From the NCBI RefSeq assembly GCF_009914755.1, contig NC_060937.1: a stretch of 64,000 bases of DNA, one strand, 5' to 3'. This DNA comes from the human T2T-CHM13v2.0 reference genome, Homo sapiens. How positions within the stretch are numbered: position 1 is the first letter of the stretch; the number at the start of each line of letters is the position of its first letter. Shown one piece after another: positions 40,023 through 53,990 of this stretch. Made by a program: the position numbers and the translations under genes. The notes under the pieces were generated by a model, which was given only the letters and a program-made list of their open reading frames with translations, did not search any database and was not told the DNA's origin.

Positions 40023-41089
40023 AAGTATTTCCTACTAAGCAGCCATTTTGAATTTTTGCATATGGAGTATGAATGACTCCCCTTCCTTAGAAAACCTAGT
40101 TATTAAGGTCACAGAGAAGCCTATAGTGACATATTCACTATTAGCAAATACATTATGAAAGAAATAACATTAACAAAGAACAGTGAGAAAAAAACGGACA
40201 ATTGATGAATCCTCAGCTCTGTAGCATTGTGTTCTTATCATGAAATGAGTTTATTCAGCCTCTCACAGGCTCCGTCAATAGAGCCTGTACCTTGACCTCA
40301 TTTTTCAGTGGTCAATGATGAATTTTCACTGTTTCATCAACACTCTTTCACCCGGTTCCATTGTAACTGACATCAGATATTTCGTGGCTACTGATTTGGG
40401 GTAAGGGTGAAGTCCATGGTCTTGGAGCACAGCCAAAGTAAGAAGGACAATCAGGGCTCTAAAGCATGGCCTCATTATCACTGTGTTCTAATAAACTGAA
40501 CTGTCATGTCACTAAAGCACTGATGTCTTCAGAAATTCTGTTATGGCTCTTTGATTTACTTTGTTATCATATATGAGATTTTTTAGTAACTTGAGGAAAC
40601 TCCTTTCTTGCTGTGACCTCATTTTTTTTTCACCCAGGGCTGTCTTTTACTTTATGTTGCACCTATGATTCAGACAAAACTTCAATTTTTTGCAGACTGA
40701 TTCTGGTGGCTTCAGTGAATGCTCTGCCAGGCTACAGAACTGTGCTTAATAATAAAAGCAAATCTGGTGCCAGGCTTAGAGGCATAGGCTACTCCTGAGT
40801 TAGAATCTTGACTGGTATGGCTTTGGTTTGGGACTTATGTGTGACTGTCAGAGGTGAACATTTTTGGCTAAGTAAATAAGCCCTACTTCAGGCCAGTCAT
40901 GGGATCTAGAAGTTTGCTTTTGTTTTGTTTTGTTTTTGGAAATCAGGTAGGAGCAAAGTGAACTGGATGTCTGTGAGGCACATAAGAAAAATTGTAAGTT
41001 CATTAGCATTTGCAAATTCCATGCAGAGAGATAAGTCACAGTTCAATAGAGCCTTTTAATCAGAATCTTATTACCTGCAAGGAGTTATG

Positions 41090-41292
41090 TATAAACTTGC
41101 ATTTTCAAAGGACAAAAACAAGCAAAGAAAAAAAAGAAAAACATACACGTGAGCTCACCAGGCCATTTTATGCTAATAGTGATGGAAGAAGCAACACTCG
41201 TCATCCTAGTATATCTCATCTCCTTGTTTGAGGTTTTTGTGCTAATATCCTACTGGCCAAAGCAAATTACATGACCGAAACCAAAGTCAAAG
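41090..41292 (-). mobile_element. MLT1 LTR fragment
   Basis: 'tactggccaaagcaaattacatgaccgaaaccaaagtcaa' reverse MLT1 core. Confidence 0.5.
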
Positions 41293-41424
41293 CCTTTCAT
41301 TATCATCATTTGTTTCATATTACTATTCTTGCATTTTGGACTTTCCTGTTCATATATTAAATAATTTTCTCTAATACAATGTTACTTAACAAACCCAAAC
41401 TCCCTATAATTTAGAATAATTTAA

Positions 41425-43273
<1,849 letters not shown>

Positions 43274-43559
43274 GAATCAATACATTAAGTCCGTGTTGGG
43301 TTTTGAGTTTTTAGTTTTTTAAAATTTTATTCCATTTAAGAATGTAAAATCATTCTAAATCCTAGGGAAGTATAAAATTCTCTAGATTCAATGAAACTAT
43401 ATTTTGGTGGAGACATAGCAAACTAAGGAAAAGATGTTAATCAACATTTTAAGAGAGCCGTATAGAAAGGGAGAGGAGTAAGTGCCGTGTGGCAATAAGA
43501 AGAATGTCTTAGGGATGATCTTCTTGTGGAGTATCTTACTGAGATTCTCTGTGTTTTCT

Positions 43560-44062
43560 TATAAAAATACATGCTCGTGTATGTCATTGCAGCCCTATTC
43601 ACAGCAGCAAAGACAGGGACTCAACCTAAATGTCCATAAATGATAGACTGGGATAAAGAAAATATGGTACATATATACCATTAAATACTATGTAGCCATA
43701 AAAAGGAATGAGATCATGTCCTTTGCAGGGACATGGATGGAGCTAGAGGCCATTATCCCTAGCAAACTAACACAGAAACAGAAAACCAAATACTGCATGT
43801 TCTCTCTTATAAGTGGGAGCTGAATAATGAGAACACAGGACACATGGGAGGAAACAACACACGCTGGGGTCTGTTGGAGGGTGGGGTAGGGGAAGGAGAG
43901 ACAGTATCAGAAAGAATAGCTAATAGATGCTGGGCTTAATACCCGGGTGATGGGTTGATCTGTGCCCAAACCACCATGACACACGTTCATTTATGCAAGA
44001 AACTGCACATTCTGCACATGGACCCATCAACTTAAAATAAAGTTGGAAAATAAAAAAACAAA
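43560..44062 (+). mobile_element. L1PA15/16-like 3' end
   Basis: 'gagatcatgtcctttgcagggacatggatggagctagaggccattatcc...gggtgatgggttgatctgtgc...aacttaaaataaagttgg'. Confidence 0.9.
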
Positions 44063-44294
44063 AGGGAGAAGAAGTTGTCTCTGCTTAATTCACACAAGAG
44101 ACAATACTTCAACTGAGTCTTAAAAAGTTTAGAAAAGATTTCTGCACAAGGACAAAGCTAGATGTAGTGGTACATCTCTGGAAAATAAAGTGGCATAGAC
44201 AAATGCACAGAAGGGTGAGAGGGTATGAGAACACCAAGTTCAGAGAGCTGAAAGTAGTACAAAACTACTTTCAGAAGGCTGTACCTCTCTTTGC

Positions 44295-44360
44295 TGGATG
44301 CCTACTAATAAATGCAGTGCCTAGCACATGGTAATTGCTCAGTAAGATTTTGTTGAATGC
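44295..44360 (+). mobile_element. L2 3' tail
   Basis: 'cagtgcctagcacatggtaattgctcagtaagattttgttgaatg'. Confidence 0.7.
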
Positions 44361-44547
44361 ATCTGGTATAGTTTTGAAGTAGCAATATTTTATTTTTCCT
44401 CATGTGACTATAATTTGTCCCAGTATCATTTATGAAAGTCTCCCAAGAGGTCTGCAAAATCACCTGTATCATGTATTATTTTCCTTCATGTATAGGTCCG
44501 GATGCTTTTCATTCTGTTTCATGGTGTCATTCCACTCCTCTTATCTC

Positions 44548-44862
44548 TTTTTTTCTCTTTCTTTTTTCTTTTTGTCTTTCTTCAATTTGAGACAGGGTCT
44601 TACTCTATCACTCAGGCTGGAGTGCAGTGGTGCAATCACAATCATGGCTCACTGCAGCCTTGACCTCCCGAAATCAGGTGATCCTCCCACCTCAGCCCCC
44701 TTAGTAGCTGAGACTACCAGGCATTATACCTGGTTATTTTTTTGTATTTTTTTAGTGACGGTGTTTCACCATGTTGCCCAGGCTGGTTTCAAACTCGTGG
44801 CCTCATGTGATCTTCCCGCCTGGGCATCCGAAAGTGCTGGGATTACAGGCCTGAGCCTCCAT
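44548..44862 (-). mobile_element. AluJ SINE
   Basis: 'gagacagggtcttactctatcactcaggctggagtgcagtgg...atcatggctcactgcagccttgacctcc'; explains ORF 44404-44934. Confidence 0.92.
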
Positions 44863-45339
44863 TATGTTTTTAGATTTCTGATTTTTTTCTTTTCAACTGT
44901 GGCTATTTGTCTTTGGAATTCTTTTTGTGTTTGATCATTTTGTAATTCCATATTTTAATTTTTACTTATTTATACATAACCGTTTGGCATTCTTTTTGGA
45001 AAATGTCAATCTTTGAAGTTTTCAAGAAGTGTTTTTCTGTTGATGCTCACTGTTGGTGATTTGTATCCTTCAGTATTTGCTGATCCATTCACTTGCACTC
45101 ATATTTGGTACATCATTCCCCTTGGAAATCTGAGGACTTCAATAGGGAACAATTGTCTTTGGGTAATTATGTTGCTCCTGTGAGTGTGGAGTATACCTCA
45201 GATGTACTCTAAGTTTTAATTCACTTCCAGAATTAAAACTTGCTGCTGTACCAAACTTTAGCATTGAGTTGTGCTCATGATCATAATAGGCATTTGCCCT
45301 CAGAACAATCTAAGGTCTATTTTCAGTTCACCTTTTTTG

Positions 45340-45610
45340 TTTGTTTCTATTTTCAACCCTTCTCTGAAACTGCTTTCAATACAGATGACCTCCTATCTCT
45401 ATATTTATCTTTATTTGGCTTGACCTCTCAAAGCATTTGTCAGTTCTGTGAACCCTTCCCCCAAATATTTTCACAAAATATTTTGTTCCCTTGGCTTCTA
45501 TGATATTGGCCTTTTTGATTTTTCTCATGCCTATTAGTCTTCTGAGCTTTTCCCCCTAAATTCTAGCCCTTGAATGTTGCTGTATTTCAGATTCCTCCCT
45601 CTATACAATA
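45340..45610 (+). mobile_element. L2 fragment
   Basis: 'ctgaaactgctttc...gatgacctcct...cttgacctctcaaagcatttg...cccttggcttctatgat'. Confidence 0.6.
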
Positions 45611-45680
45611 TCAAAGTTAAAGTTATCAAAATTGTAAAATTGAGGCCAAAGATTCGCAACTTTACTCTAGTTCACTTTAC

Positions 45681-45735
45681 GTATGTATGTATGTATGTAC
45701 TTATGTTTTATGTATGTATGTATGTATGTATGTAT
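45681..45735. repeat. (TATG)n tetranucleotide microsatellite forming the Alu tail
   Basis: Interrupted (TATG)n between the TSD and the Alu body. Confidence 0.9.
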
Positions 45736-46019
45736 TTGTTTTGAGACAGAGTCTCTCTGTCTCCCAGGCTGGAGTGCAGTGTCACAATCTCAGCTCACTG
45801 CAACCTCATCTCTTAGGTACAAACAATTCTCCTGCCTTAGCCTACCAAGTAGCTGGGATTACAGGTGCATGCCACCACACCCAGATAATTTTTGTGTTTT
45901 TGGTAGAGATAGGGCCTTGCCACATTGGTCTGGCTGGTCTCAAACTCCTGACCTCAAATGATCCACCTGCCTGGGCCTCCCAAAGTGCCGGGAGTACAGG
46001 TGTGAGCCACTGTGCCCTG
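45681..46019 (-). mobile_element. AluS (Sx/Sz-like) SINE
   Basis: Full dimer; TSD ctagttc(a/t)cttta at 45667-45679 and 46020-46032. Confidence 0.93.
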
Positions 46020-46040
46020 CTAGTTCTCTTTATTAAGGCC

Positions 46041-46562
46041 TGTATTGGTTATCTATTGCATGATACATTGCCCCATGCTTAGCAGCTTAATACAGCAAAA
46101 GTCTGTAATCTCACACAGTTTTGAAAGTCAGAAACAGGGAGCATCTTCACTAGATATTATGGCTCAGTGTCTCTCAAAATATGACAATCTGTTGATGGGA
46201 GCTTCAGTTATCTGAAGACTTGGTCAGAGCTGGAAGATCTACTTCCATGATGGCTCCAACGGCTGTCGACAGAAGGCCTCAGTTTCCTGCCATATGGACC
46301 TGCCCTCAGTGCTGCCTGAGTATCCTTCAAATACGGCTGAAGTTTCTTCTGGTGAGTAATCCAAAATGGAGCAAGAGGGGAAACTATGATGCTATTTACA
46401 TCTAGCCTCTGAAGTAGCATATAATCATTTCTGCCCCTGCCTATTATTCACACAGACCAAAGTTGATGCAATATGGGAGGAGATTACAAAGGAGATTACA
46501 AAAGGGTGTGAATATCAGGAGGCAGGAATCATTGAGGGCCATTTTGGAGGCTGGGTAACACA
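46041..46562 (-). mobile_element. MLT1F-like MaLR solo LTR
   Basis: 'tgtattggttatctattgc...gcttagcagcttaa...aggcctcagtttcctgccat...aagggtgtgaatatcaggaggcaggaatcattgagggccattttggaggctg'. Confidence 0.88.
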
Positions 46563-48619
46563 GGACCCAAACACTGTGCTGGCTATGTTCATTCAATTTC
46601 CTTATAGGCGCATCATATTTATTAAGTATAAACAAACCCATTATATTCACACTCAACTCTTTACACTGTATCAAAACTGCCATTATTTATATCTCCTTTG
46701 ATATTGTCAATCTGAATGAATGACACCACCATCCAGGCACTTAAACCAGATATCTGGAATTACCTTTAATTTGATTTTTTCTTTACCTCACTCTGTTGAT
46801 GTAGCATCTACATCATTTTAAGTCTACTTAAATATTGTTGCCTCATCTTAGTTTCATCTTACCTCTAATACTCTCTCTTACCTTCCTCTTCTCTCTCATT
46901 TTCCTTCGTTCTAGTCCCACCCCATAATCCAGAAAAGTAGTCGTTACTAAATAGAAATTTCAACATGCTATTTTTTTGCCCAAAGGTGGGATCAAACACC
47001 AATGAAAAATACATTATTTTGAAAAATGGAAGGGAAACGAAATGGCAAAGGTTGGCTATGCAATAGCTTTTAAATGAATCTAAAAGCATTCTATCATGTT
47101 GACTGAAAATAAAGAGTTGAGTTAGTTTTTTTTTCTCAGTTGGATTATTGATATAACCCCAATAACCTTATACAATAGTTGAAACCTCATTTTCTGATGG
47201 TGAATGATGACATTTCGACTGGTATAAATCAGCTATTTAACAATGGTGCATAAAGAAAAATACAGCAAATATACCAAGTACCCATGAAGAGCAGGCCATT
47301 CTTTCTACAACATTAATCATTCAATAGGGCAAGAGTTGACAGCAAAATTAAATGATTTGCTCTTAAATCAATAATAGATGAAAATGCAAGAAAAAATAGA
47401 AATATTGTCTGTCTATGACATTTTCATAAGGGACAGCATTATTGGGTGAGAGCAATGCTGCTGCTCCTACTCTTCTACCTACTCTTTTTATTATTTGCAT
47501 TTCCTTCAATGTGTGTCAAAATCAGAGATGAGAAAAAAAAGAAGTGAAAATACCTGTAAGAAAAATGTTTTTGAACATGTTCTGTAAGTCACAGTGCTAT
47601 GTCATTTACTCAAGCTGCCCTGATATTTAATATATTAATTCCAAAAATGTGATACAATGAGACAGGAGAATACAGTAATTCTGCAACCTTGGCATTAGAC
47701 AAAACACACTATATCTCTTAGACAAGAGTCAAGAATTAACCAACATTAGATGTGAAGAGATCTTAAATATCACCTAGACCTGCTACCTTATTACATAGGC
47801 AACAAAACTGGGGCCCAAGGGAAAAAATATGTCGTAATTTCTAACCAAGAAAAATTTGCAAATGTGATGGCAATAGGCTAATTGCAGAAATGTGCTCAAT
47901 GCCAAAGGACCAATGGCCTAACAGAGTTATTGTCTATCATAATAAATCTAATGAAAATATGTAATCATATTATATTATATTATATATTGATGATCACAAC
48001 AAGTAGTAGTACTGATGAACAACACTCTAATAAAAATGGCAGTCAAATTAGGAAGCCCTTGGTTATGTGTGAGAGGGGAAAATCCTTGATAGAATGATTA
48101 GTAATTATGATTATAGGAAACATTTCTAATATGGTAACAAATTAATTAAAAATTAATGTGTTTATTTTAGCAAATTATAAAATGACTTTTACGATTCATT
48201 TCAGAAAATAAGCACCACTAATTTTGGTAATTGGCTAAGATGAAGGAGCTTAGGATTGATAATGTCTTCTCAATAAGAAATTACAGCTAACCGATAGGGC
48301 ATTATAATATAGGAGTTAATCAGGAAACTGCAACATTTACCAGAGAAAATAAAACCATGAGATGTAATTTATAGCAATATTTCAATTTATGCCACAAATA
48401 ATAGTACCAGATTCTGTTCAACAGCTTACAGAAAATGATCTGAAAAGAAATTTATAGTTTTAATACATCTTTAAATATAAATATATTTTCTTATTAATAG
48501 TATTCATTAGTGTACTCTGTATGGTATTTAATATGAAATATTATGAAGAATACTATTAATATATTCAACTAATACTTCTTTCCTTCATGAGAAATATTCC
48601 TTATCTTGTCTCTAACCCC

Positions 48620-49200
48620 TATTTATAAAACCAAACTCATCCACATCATCTCCAACCAACTCCTCCTCCAAACTTCCATAATGTTACCGAAGATGTAGCT
48701 TTATCTCAGACTATTCAAGTGCAGTCACTTGGAGTCATCTTTTATTTTGCCTTTATCTGTATTGTGTAAGTATTGAAGAGTCTATCTCCAAATTTTTCTG
48801 TTATGTTTATCCTTTTGATTTTTACACTAATTTAGACCCGATTACTTCTAATGTCTTATCCTGTATCCGTTCCTTCTATATTTCCTTCTTTTCTCAGAGT
48901 CATATGCTTGAAAAGTCAGAAAGTTCTAGGGGCCACATAATCTCTTTCCAAGTGAGAAAATCCACACAAATCTGTGGAGTACCTACTGAACATCAGGCAT
49001 TTGCTAGGTTTAGAGATCTACAGTGGGCCACAGGAATTGTTTTACTCAACTCCAGTACATCTCTATTTATGCAACTCTACCACTCTCCTTTCACTCTTTG
49101 TCTCTTTGTACTTTTGCTAATGACTTCTGCTAATGTACTTCTCTCTGACTTCTGAGTCATTTGCTCAATACTTTTTCCATATTTCAAGTTTCATTTCCTG
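48620..49200 (+). mobile_element. L2 fragments
   Basis: 'aaaccaaactcat...aaactcctcctcc', 'cttggagtcatcttt', 'gattactt', 'actccagtacatct'. Confidence 0.5.
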
Positions 49201-49519
49201 ATATTATCTCGCTGGCCTGGTCATTATTTTTCCCCCTTGCTCAGAGTTTTGCACCAGCCTTCCTTGCAGACAACTGCTTAGCACATAGACCAGCTGCCCT
49301 TGGGTCAAGTGGCTGCTGGTTTCATGCCCTATGAAAAGAGAAGGGGGGTGCAAAGCTTAGAAGATGGTCTCCTATGCTTATTGAATTGCTTTAATAAATA
49401 TTTTATTAGATCAATTTCCTTCATTGTACAAAGAGTATGTTTAATAAGGTACCCACTTTCATAACAGAAAAATGATAGTATCACTAAATCTAGAGAAGAA
49501 GCAAGTTGCAACATGTTAA

Positions 49520-49830
49520 TTTTGGGGTATTTGGGGGTATTTGAGATGAGACATCTGTTAAGTAGTTGGAAACATGGATGTAGATCTTAGGAGACGGGTT
49601 TAGTCATTCAAACTAGAGAAACACATTTGAGAGTTATCAGGATGTATGTTGATGGCATCACACATAAAGGAGATTAGTCTAAGTGACCATAGAGAACATC
49701 TTGAATGTTGGGTCAAGGATAAAACTCAGGGAACGTCAGAAGAACAACTCAGTAAGAAGACTGAAAGAGTCAGTCAGAGGACTATGAGAAAATCAAAATT
49801 TATGTTTACCATGAGAGTGCAGGAGTTTCC
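49520..49830 (-). mobile_element. L2 fragment
   Basis: 'tttgagatgagacatctg...agtagttgga...atttgagagttatcag...gagactgaaagag'. Confidence 0.65.
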
Positions 49831-50833
49831 AACCTATCTTTCTATCTTCTTTTTCCTGTTCCATATATATAAATATATGTATATATTCCAATGTTTTAGT
49901 CAGTTAGACCTCCAACTCTTACCTAATAATTTCTCATGCTTCATACAACCTATTCTTTCCTTGTGCTCACAATTCTCTTCTTCAAATCTCTACCTATCAA
50001 AATCAATTTTATCTTTCAAGATACATTCTGTATATTTTTTTAGTTTATTTTACATTTTTAACATACACACATTTATATACTTTTCTCCTCCTTTTACTGG
50101 ATTTTAGGATTTTGAGAGCCTAGACAGTGTTTTTATTATTGCATCTCTTCTGATGGTACTTAGTAGGCATATGAGAAATAAAGTTTTTATTCCTAGCAGT
50201 GTCATTGATTCTGCCTACATCACTATTTGCTTCTCCTGACATTTTGCTTTCCTCTTACTGGCCTGACTCCCAGCAGGAAAAAAAAAAAAAATATTTGAAA
50301 TGTAAACATATTAGCACTTTTTCCAGAAAGAGATAGTAAAGAAAAAAATTACAAAAAGAAAAACAGGCTTCTTAGACTGATGTTTGACAGTAATAGAAGA
50401 GGTGGTATTTTGTTTTCTCATATACATTAAATTGCTGTAAGCTTTGGCAAGAACAATAAAAACTTTCCATGCTCCTTCTAAGTCAAGTGTTCTGTGTTAT
50501 TGAAATTTATTCATTATCAAGAAACCTCTTCCTTTTTAGACAAAAATGCAAATGCATCCTAAAATCTAATGATAAAATTAACATTTGGACAATCTCATAT
50601 GTCCACCACGGACATGCTCAAGAATTGAAATTATTATGGTCATTTAAATCAATTATCCAACACTTTCAAAAGTTTTATTTATAAATATCTATGACAGAGA
50701 CATTGTACATTTTTATGACCTTACTGCTTTCTCTTCATTGTTATTTTCTGGAGATAACATTCCTTACTCCCTAACAATACCTTGAAGGGCAAAATAGTAT
50801 TTAATTCTGACTAGGTTTTGTATCTATGTAAGA

Positions 50834-50834
<1 letters not shown>

Positions 50835-50874
<40 letters not shown>

Positions 50875-50886
50875 GAGAGAGAGAGA
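50835..50886. repeat. Compound (TG)9(AG)n microsatellite
   Basis: Seen directly. Confidence 0.95.
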
Positions 50887-52839
50887 TTGAGAGTTCTAGC
50901 ATCATAATTTGGTGGGTAAATCAGAATCAGTTTGTCAGTAAATAGATCTATCAGAAAGTACAGAATAGCTTGCCAAACAAACTTCCCTTAACAACAGGCT
51001 CTCAGCTCTTCCTATTTTATTTTCTAATATCTGCCTGTGCCGCATCATTTAAGATTGTTTTGCTTGCAATAGCATATCTCTAATCTTTAACTGATTCTTC
51101 CAGTAGTCTCTTTTTGCTGTTGGCATTCTAATCAATTAAAGTTTTCTATTGTGCTGCCTCCTGATTTTCCTTCATCCATTTTTTGCTCCATAAAGAATGA
51201 AATACATGACGAGGTGAAAGCCTATGTTTATATAGGTATACCTTTATTTTATTTCTCACACTTGAATAGGTCCTTTCATTTTATTTTTCTTACATTTTCT
51301 TATATCAGGTCAAATTTCCCCAGCATCATATGCTTAGTGGTATTTCCTTTCAATCCAAGCAAACCAAAAAGTACATTCCAGAGTTTTTACAGCTATTAAT
51401 AAAATATCTCTAGTGCTTATCAGGCCATTTTGTGCAATAATGTTATCAACATATCCTTAATGACTCTATGTGATAAACAATGTTACTGCTAGGCACCAAG
51501 TGCCTAAATAATCCTTTAACAGCCATATAAAATTTGAGTGAAGTAGCTGAAAGTTGGTGGATATCTCAGCTCCACAGTTCAGATTCCCTATCTCTCCTTT
51601 ATTGCATATATTCGCACATGTATCTTGGCACAGTCTCTGTATGCCAGCAACTGCAAAATTCTACTTGGCAGTCTCTTCACAGGTTGATTAGAGTTGTTAC
51701 TTGGCAGTCAGTGTTTGAGTGTCTCAAAGATCACTGCCACATATCTTGATATATTTTAATTATACCCTGCATGTATGAAAAAGGACCCTTTCATTTTCCC
51801 GAGAAACAATAGGTTGTTTGACCTTGTGCTGGGAAAAAAAAGAATGAAAGTAAGCATATAGAATACAAATAAACACTTCTTTACCGACAAAAAGAAAATA
51901 ATTTTTAGGAAAGAGGACAGTCATTGAAATGTCCTCTAAATATTCCTGATACTCAGTTAAGTATGAAGTTGATTTAAGTCCAAAGTCTATTTGTGTCCTT
52001 AACTAATGAAAATAGTCTGAAGTGCCACATATTTAGCTTTCAGGCCCATCATAAGAAATATCACAGACAGAGGTGACCCTGAGCTGGATGGATAGATAAT
52101 CCAGCCTTCCTTTTCACTCTCTCTGTAATAGAATCCCCAGGATAGCACTCCTGATGCCAGCAAGATAAACTTTCTTCCTTCCTAAGACCTTCCAAAGCAT
52201 TAAAGACTCTATCTACCCAAGGGAATTTGGTTAAAAAGTGGAAGAAAATCCTTCTTTTGTTTTCTTTTCCTTTTCTATTTTTGAGATTACCTTGGTATTT
52301 TTTTGTTTCAACGTTTTCATTTTCTGCCTCTGTCATATGTTTCAGTCCTACTTCTGGATAGGAGTCAATAAAATGGACTAAATGGTTTTAAACTTCCTGG
52401 GGGTAAATTATGCTATTTTGTAATTTTAACTCTTAAGAAAAAAAACTTTTCATAAATTAAGGAGAAAATACTTCTAATCACATTTCTATACAAATTCAAT
52501 GGTGCCAGCCTATAGAATATAGCGGTTGGAAAAGAGAACATTTTATAAATGCCCAGATGTAAAAGAGCTCAAGTAAGAAACATTGGGTGTTGAAGACTTG
52601 GAGAAAATAGCAGAATTTGACCTTAGTCTTCACAACAAATGCTCCCATTTGAGTAGTGTTATCCGTATGAATAGCATTCCAAATAATAGGTTCATACAGG
52701 CACTGCTTGAAGTTTTGAAGAAAGTCAACCAAACTAGGGCAGAATGTAATAAATAATATAAATGTAAATACATATAGATGTTGATGTGATAAATTTTGGT
52801 GTATCCAAAGGAAATGATATAAAACAACTACATAGTAAA

Positions 52840-53190
52840 ATTTAGTATCCGTTTTCCTAGTTTTATCATTTAAAATAATTGTATTTGCTGAAAGTTAACA
52901 CTATTAGGAAAACATGGTTAAGTGGTTTTCTTTTCCTTTTCTGCCAAATATGACATAAATAGAGAGAAAGAATATTTCTCATATACTTGCATATTAATTT
53001 AGATATATTTATGTTTATATAAATAAATTAATATTCAATTATATAACTGTATTATTTATCTATACAAACAGATAATTTAAATAGAAAATATAGACATATA
53101 TATTATTTTTAACAAAATGGTCCTGATATCATACGTACTCTTTTAACCTGATGTTTTTAATGTTACATCATTCTGCATCACTATTGGCAG
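52840..53190 (-). mobile_element. Decayed L1M 3' fragment
   Basis: 'aaagttaacactatta', 'ttttaacaaaatggtc...atcatacgtactctttt' typical of antisense L1MC/ME 3' UTR. Confidence 0.45.
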
Positions 53191-53800
53191 ATCTCCTCAT
53201 CAGAAAAATTTGGTCTCCTTGCTGCCCTGGCCCCTGTCCTCTTTCTCTGGGTCTTCATGCCTGGTCGAGCATCTATGAGTTTCTCTTTCCTGACCAGCTG
53301 CTGTGAGACTGTAACTAGACCTCAATGCAACCAAACCAGAACTGCCTCAGAGCTGTGCTTTCCTGCTTATCAGAAGGACACTTCTGCATCTCAAGGCTAA
53401 ATCACAAGATCTAGGGACTCAAGGATTTGCTAATAGCGGCTATGGTCATCCTGGATGGGGAGAGAGATGTTTGTTGTTTGTTCTTGATATTACTCAGGAA
53501 AGGATCACTGCCTCACTGCCATAGCCTGGGGCCCTGAGGAGTCTCTGCAGCTTGTTACTGTGGTCTGAAAAGGTGCTTTAGGAACAGTCTACTTGGGCAA
53601 AGTAGGCTATGCACCATGGGTGGTTTCCTCTGCACAACTGTTGTCAGATAAGACTCTGAATCTCCTGGAATCCTTCTGAAATGGGGGAGTGGGAAGCTTT
53701 GGGGGTGACAGTACCAAAGATGTTTGCAATTACGTTATTAACCTGATATAAGCCAATAGGAGTTTGTGCCAGAGTCTTGGGCATGGTTATCATTATTTTG
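53190..53800. mobile_element. Probable old LTR (family not resolved)
   Basis: Abrupt GC-richer block of about 600 bp with LTR-like composition; no confident consensus match. Confidence 0.3.
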
Positions 53801-53907
53801 AACAAATACGTTGATTTTTCTTCTTGCATATAGTGGTAAATGGGAAGGAAAAAATACCACAATGTCAGGAACTATTTAGAAGAATAGAGACCATGTTGGC
53901 AAATGAC

Positions 53908-53990
53908 TGAATTCATTCATTCATTCATTCATTCACTCACTCGACAAAGATTTATTGAACCCATGTCATGTGCCAGGCTCTGAGGAATCA
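53908..53990 (-). mobile_element. L2 3' tail with (TTCA)n
   Basis: 'attcattcattcattcattc...aaagatttattgaaccca...tgtgccaggc'. Confidence 0.8.

Noticed and set aside
40309-40400. C/D snoRNA-like layout: ATGATGA (40315-40321) with CTGA at 40367 and 40391; the 5' end resembles the SNORD115 start
   Set aside because: No terminal stem with either D box, no C' box, and no further similarity to known snoRNAs
44404-46082. Long ORFs (176 aa, 131 aa) and similar ones at 1734-2166, 2997-3197 and 11862-12098
   Set aside because: Antisense-Alu translations ([17 protein letters not shown]), a well-known artefact
49646-50107. 153-aa ORF
   Set aside because: Spans two oppositely oriented L2 fragments, with low-complexity F/S/I-rich translation and no domain similarity
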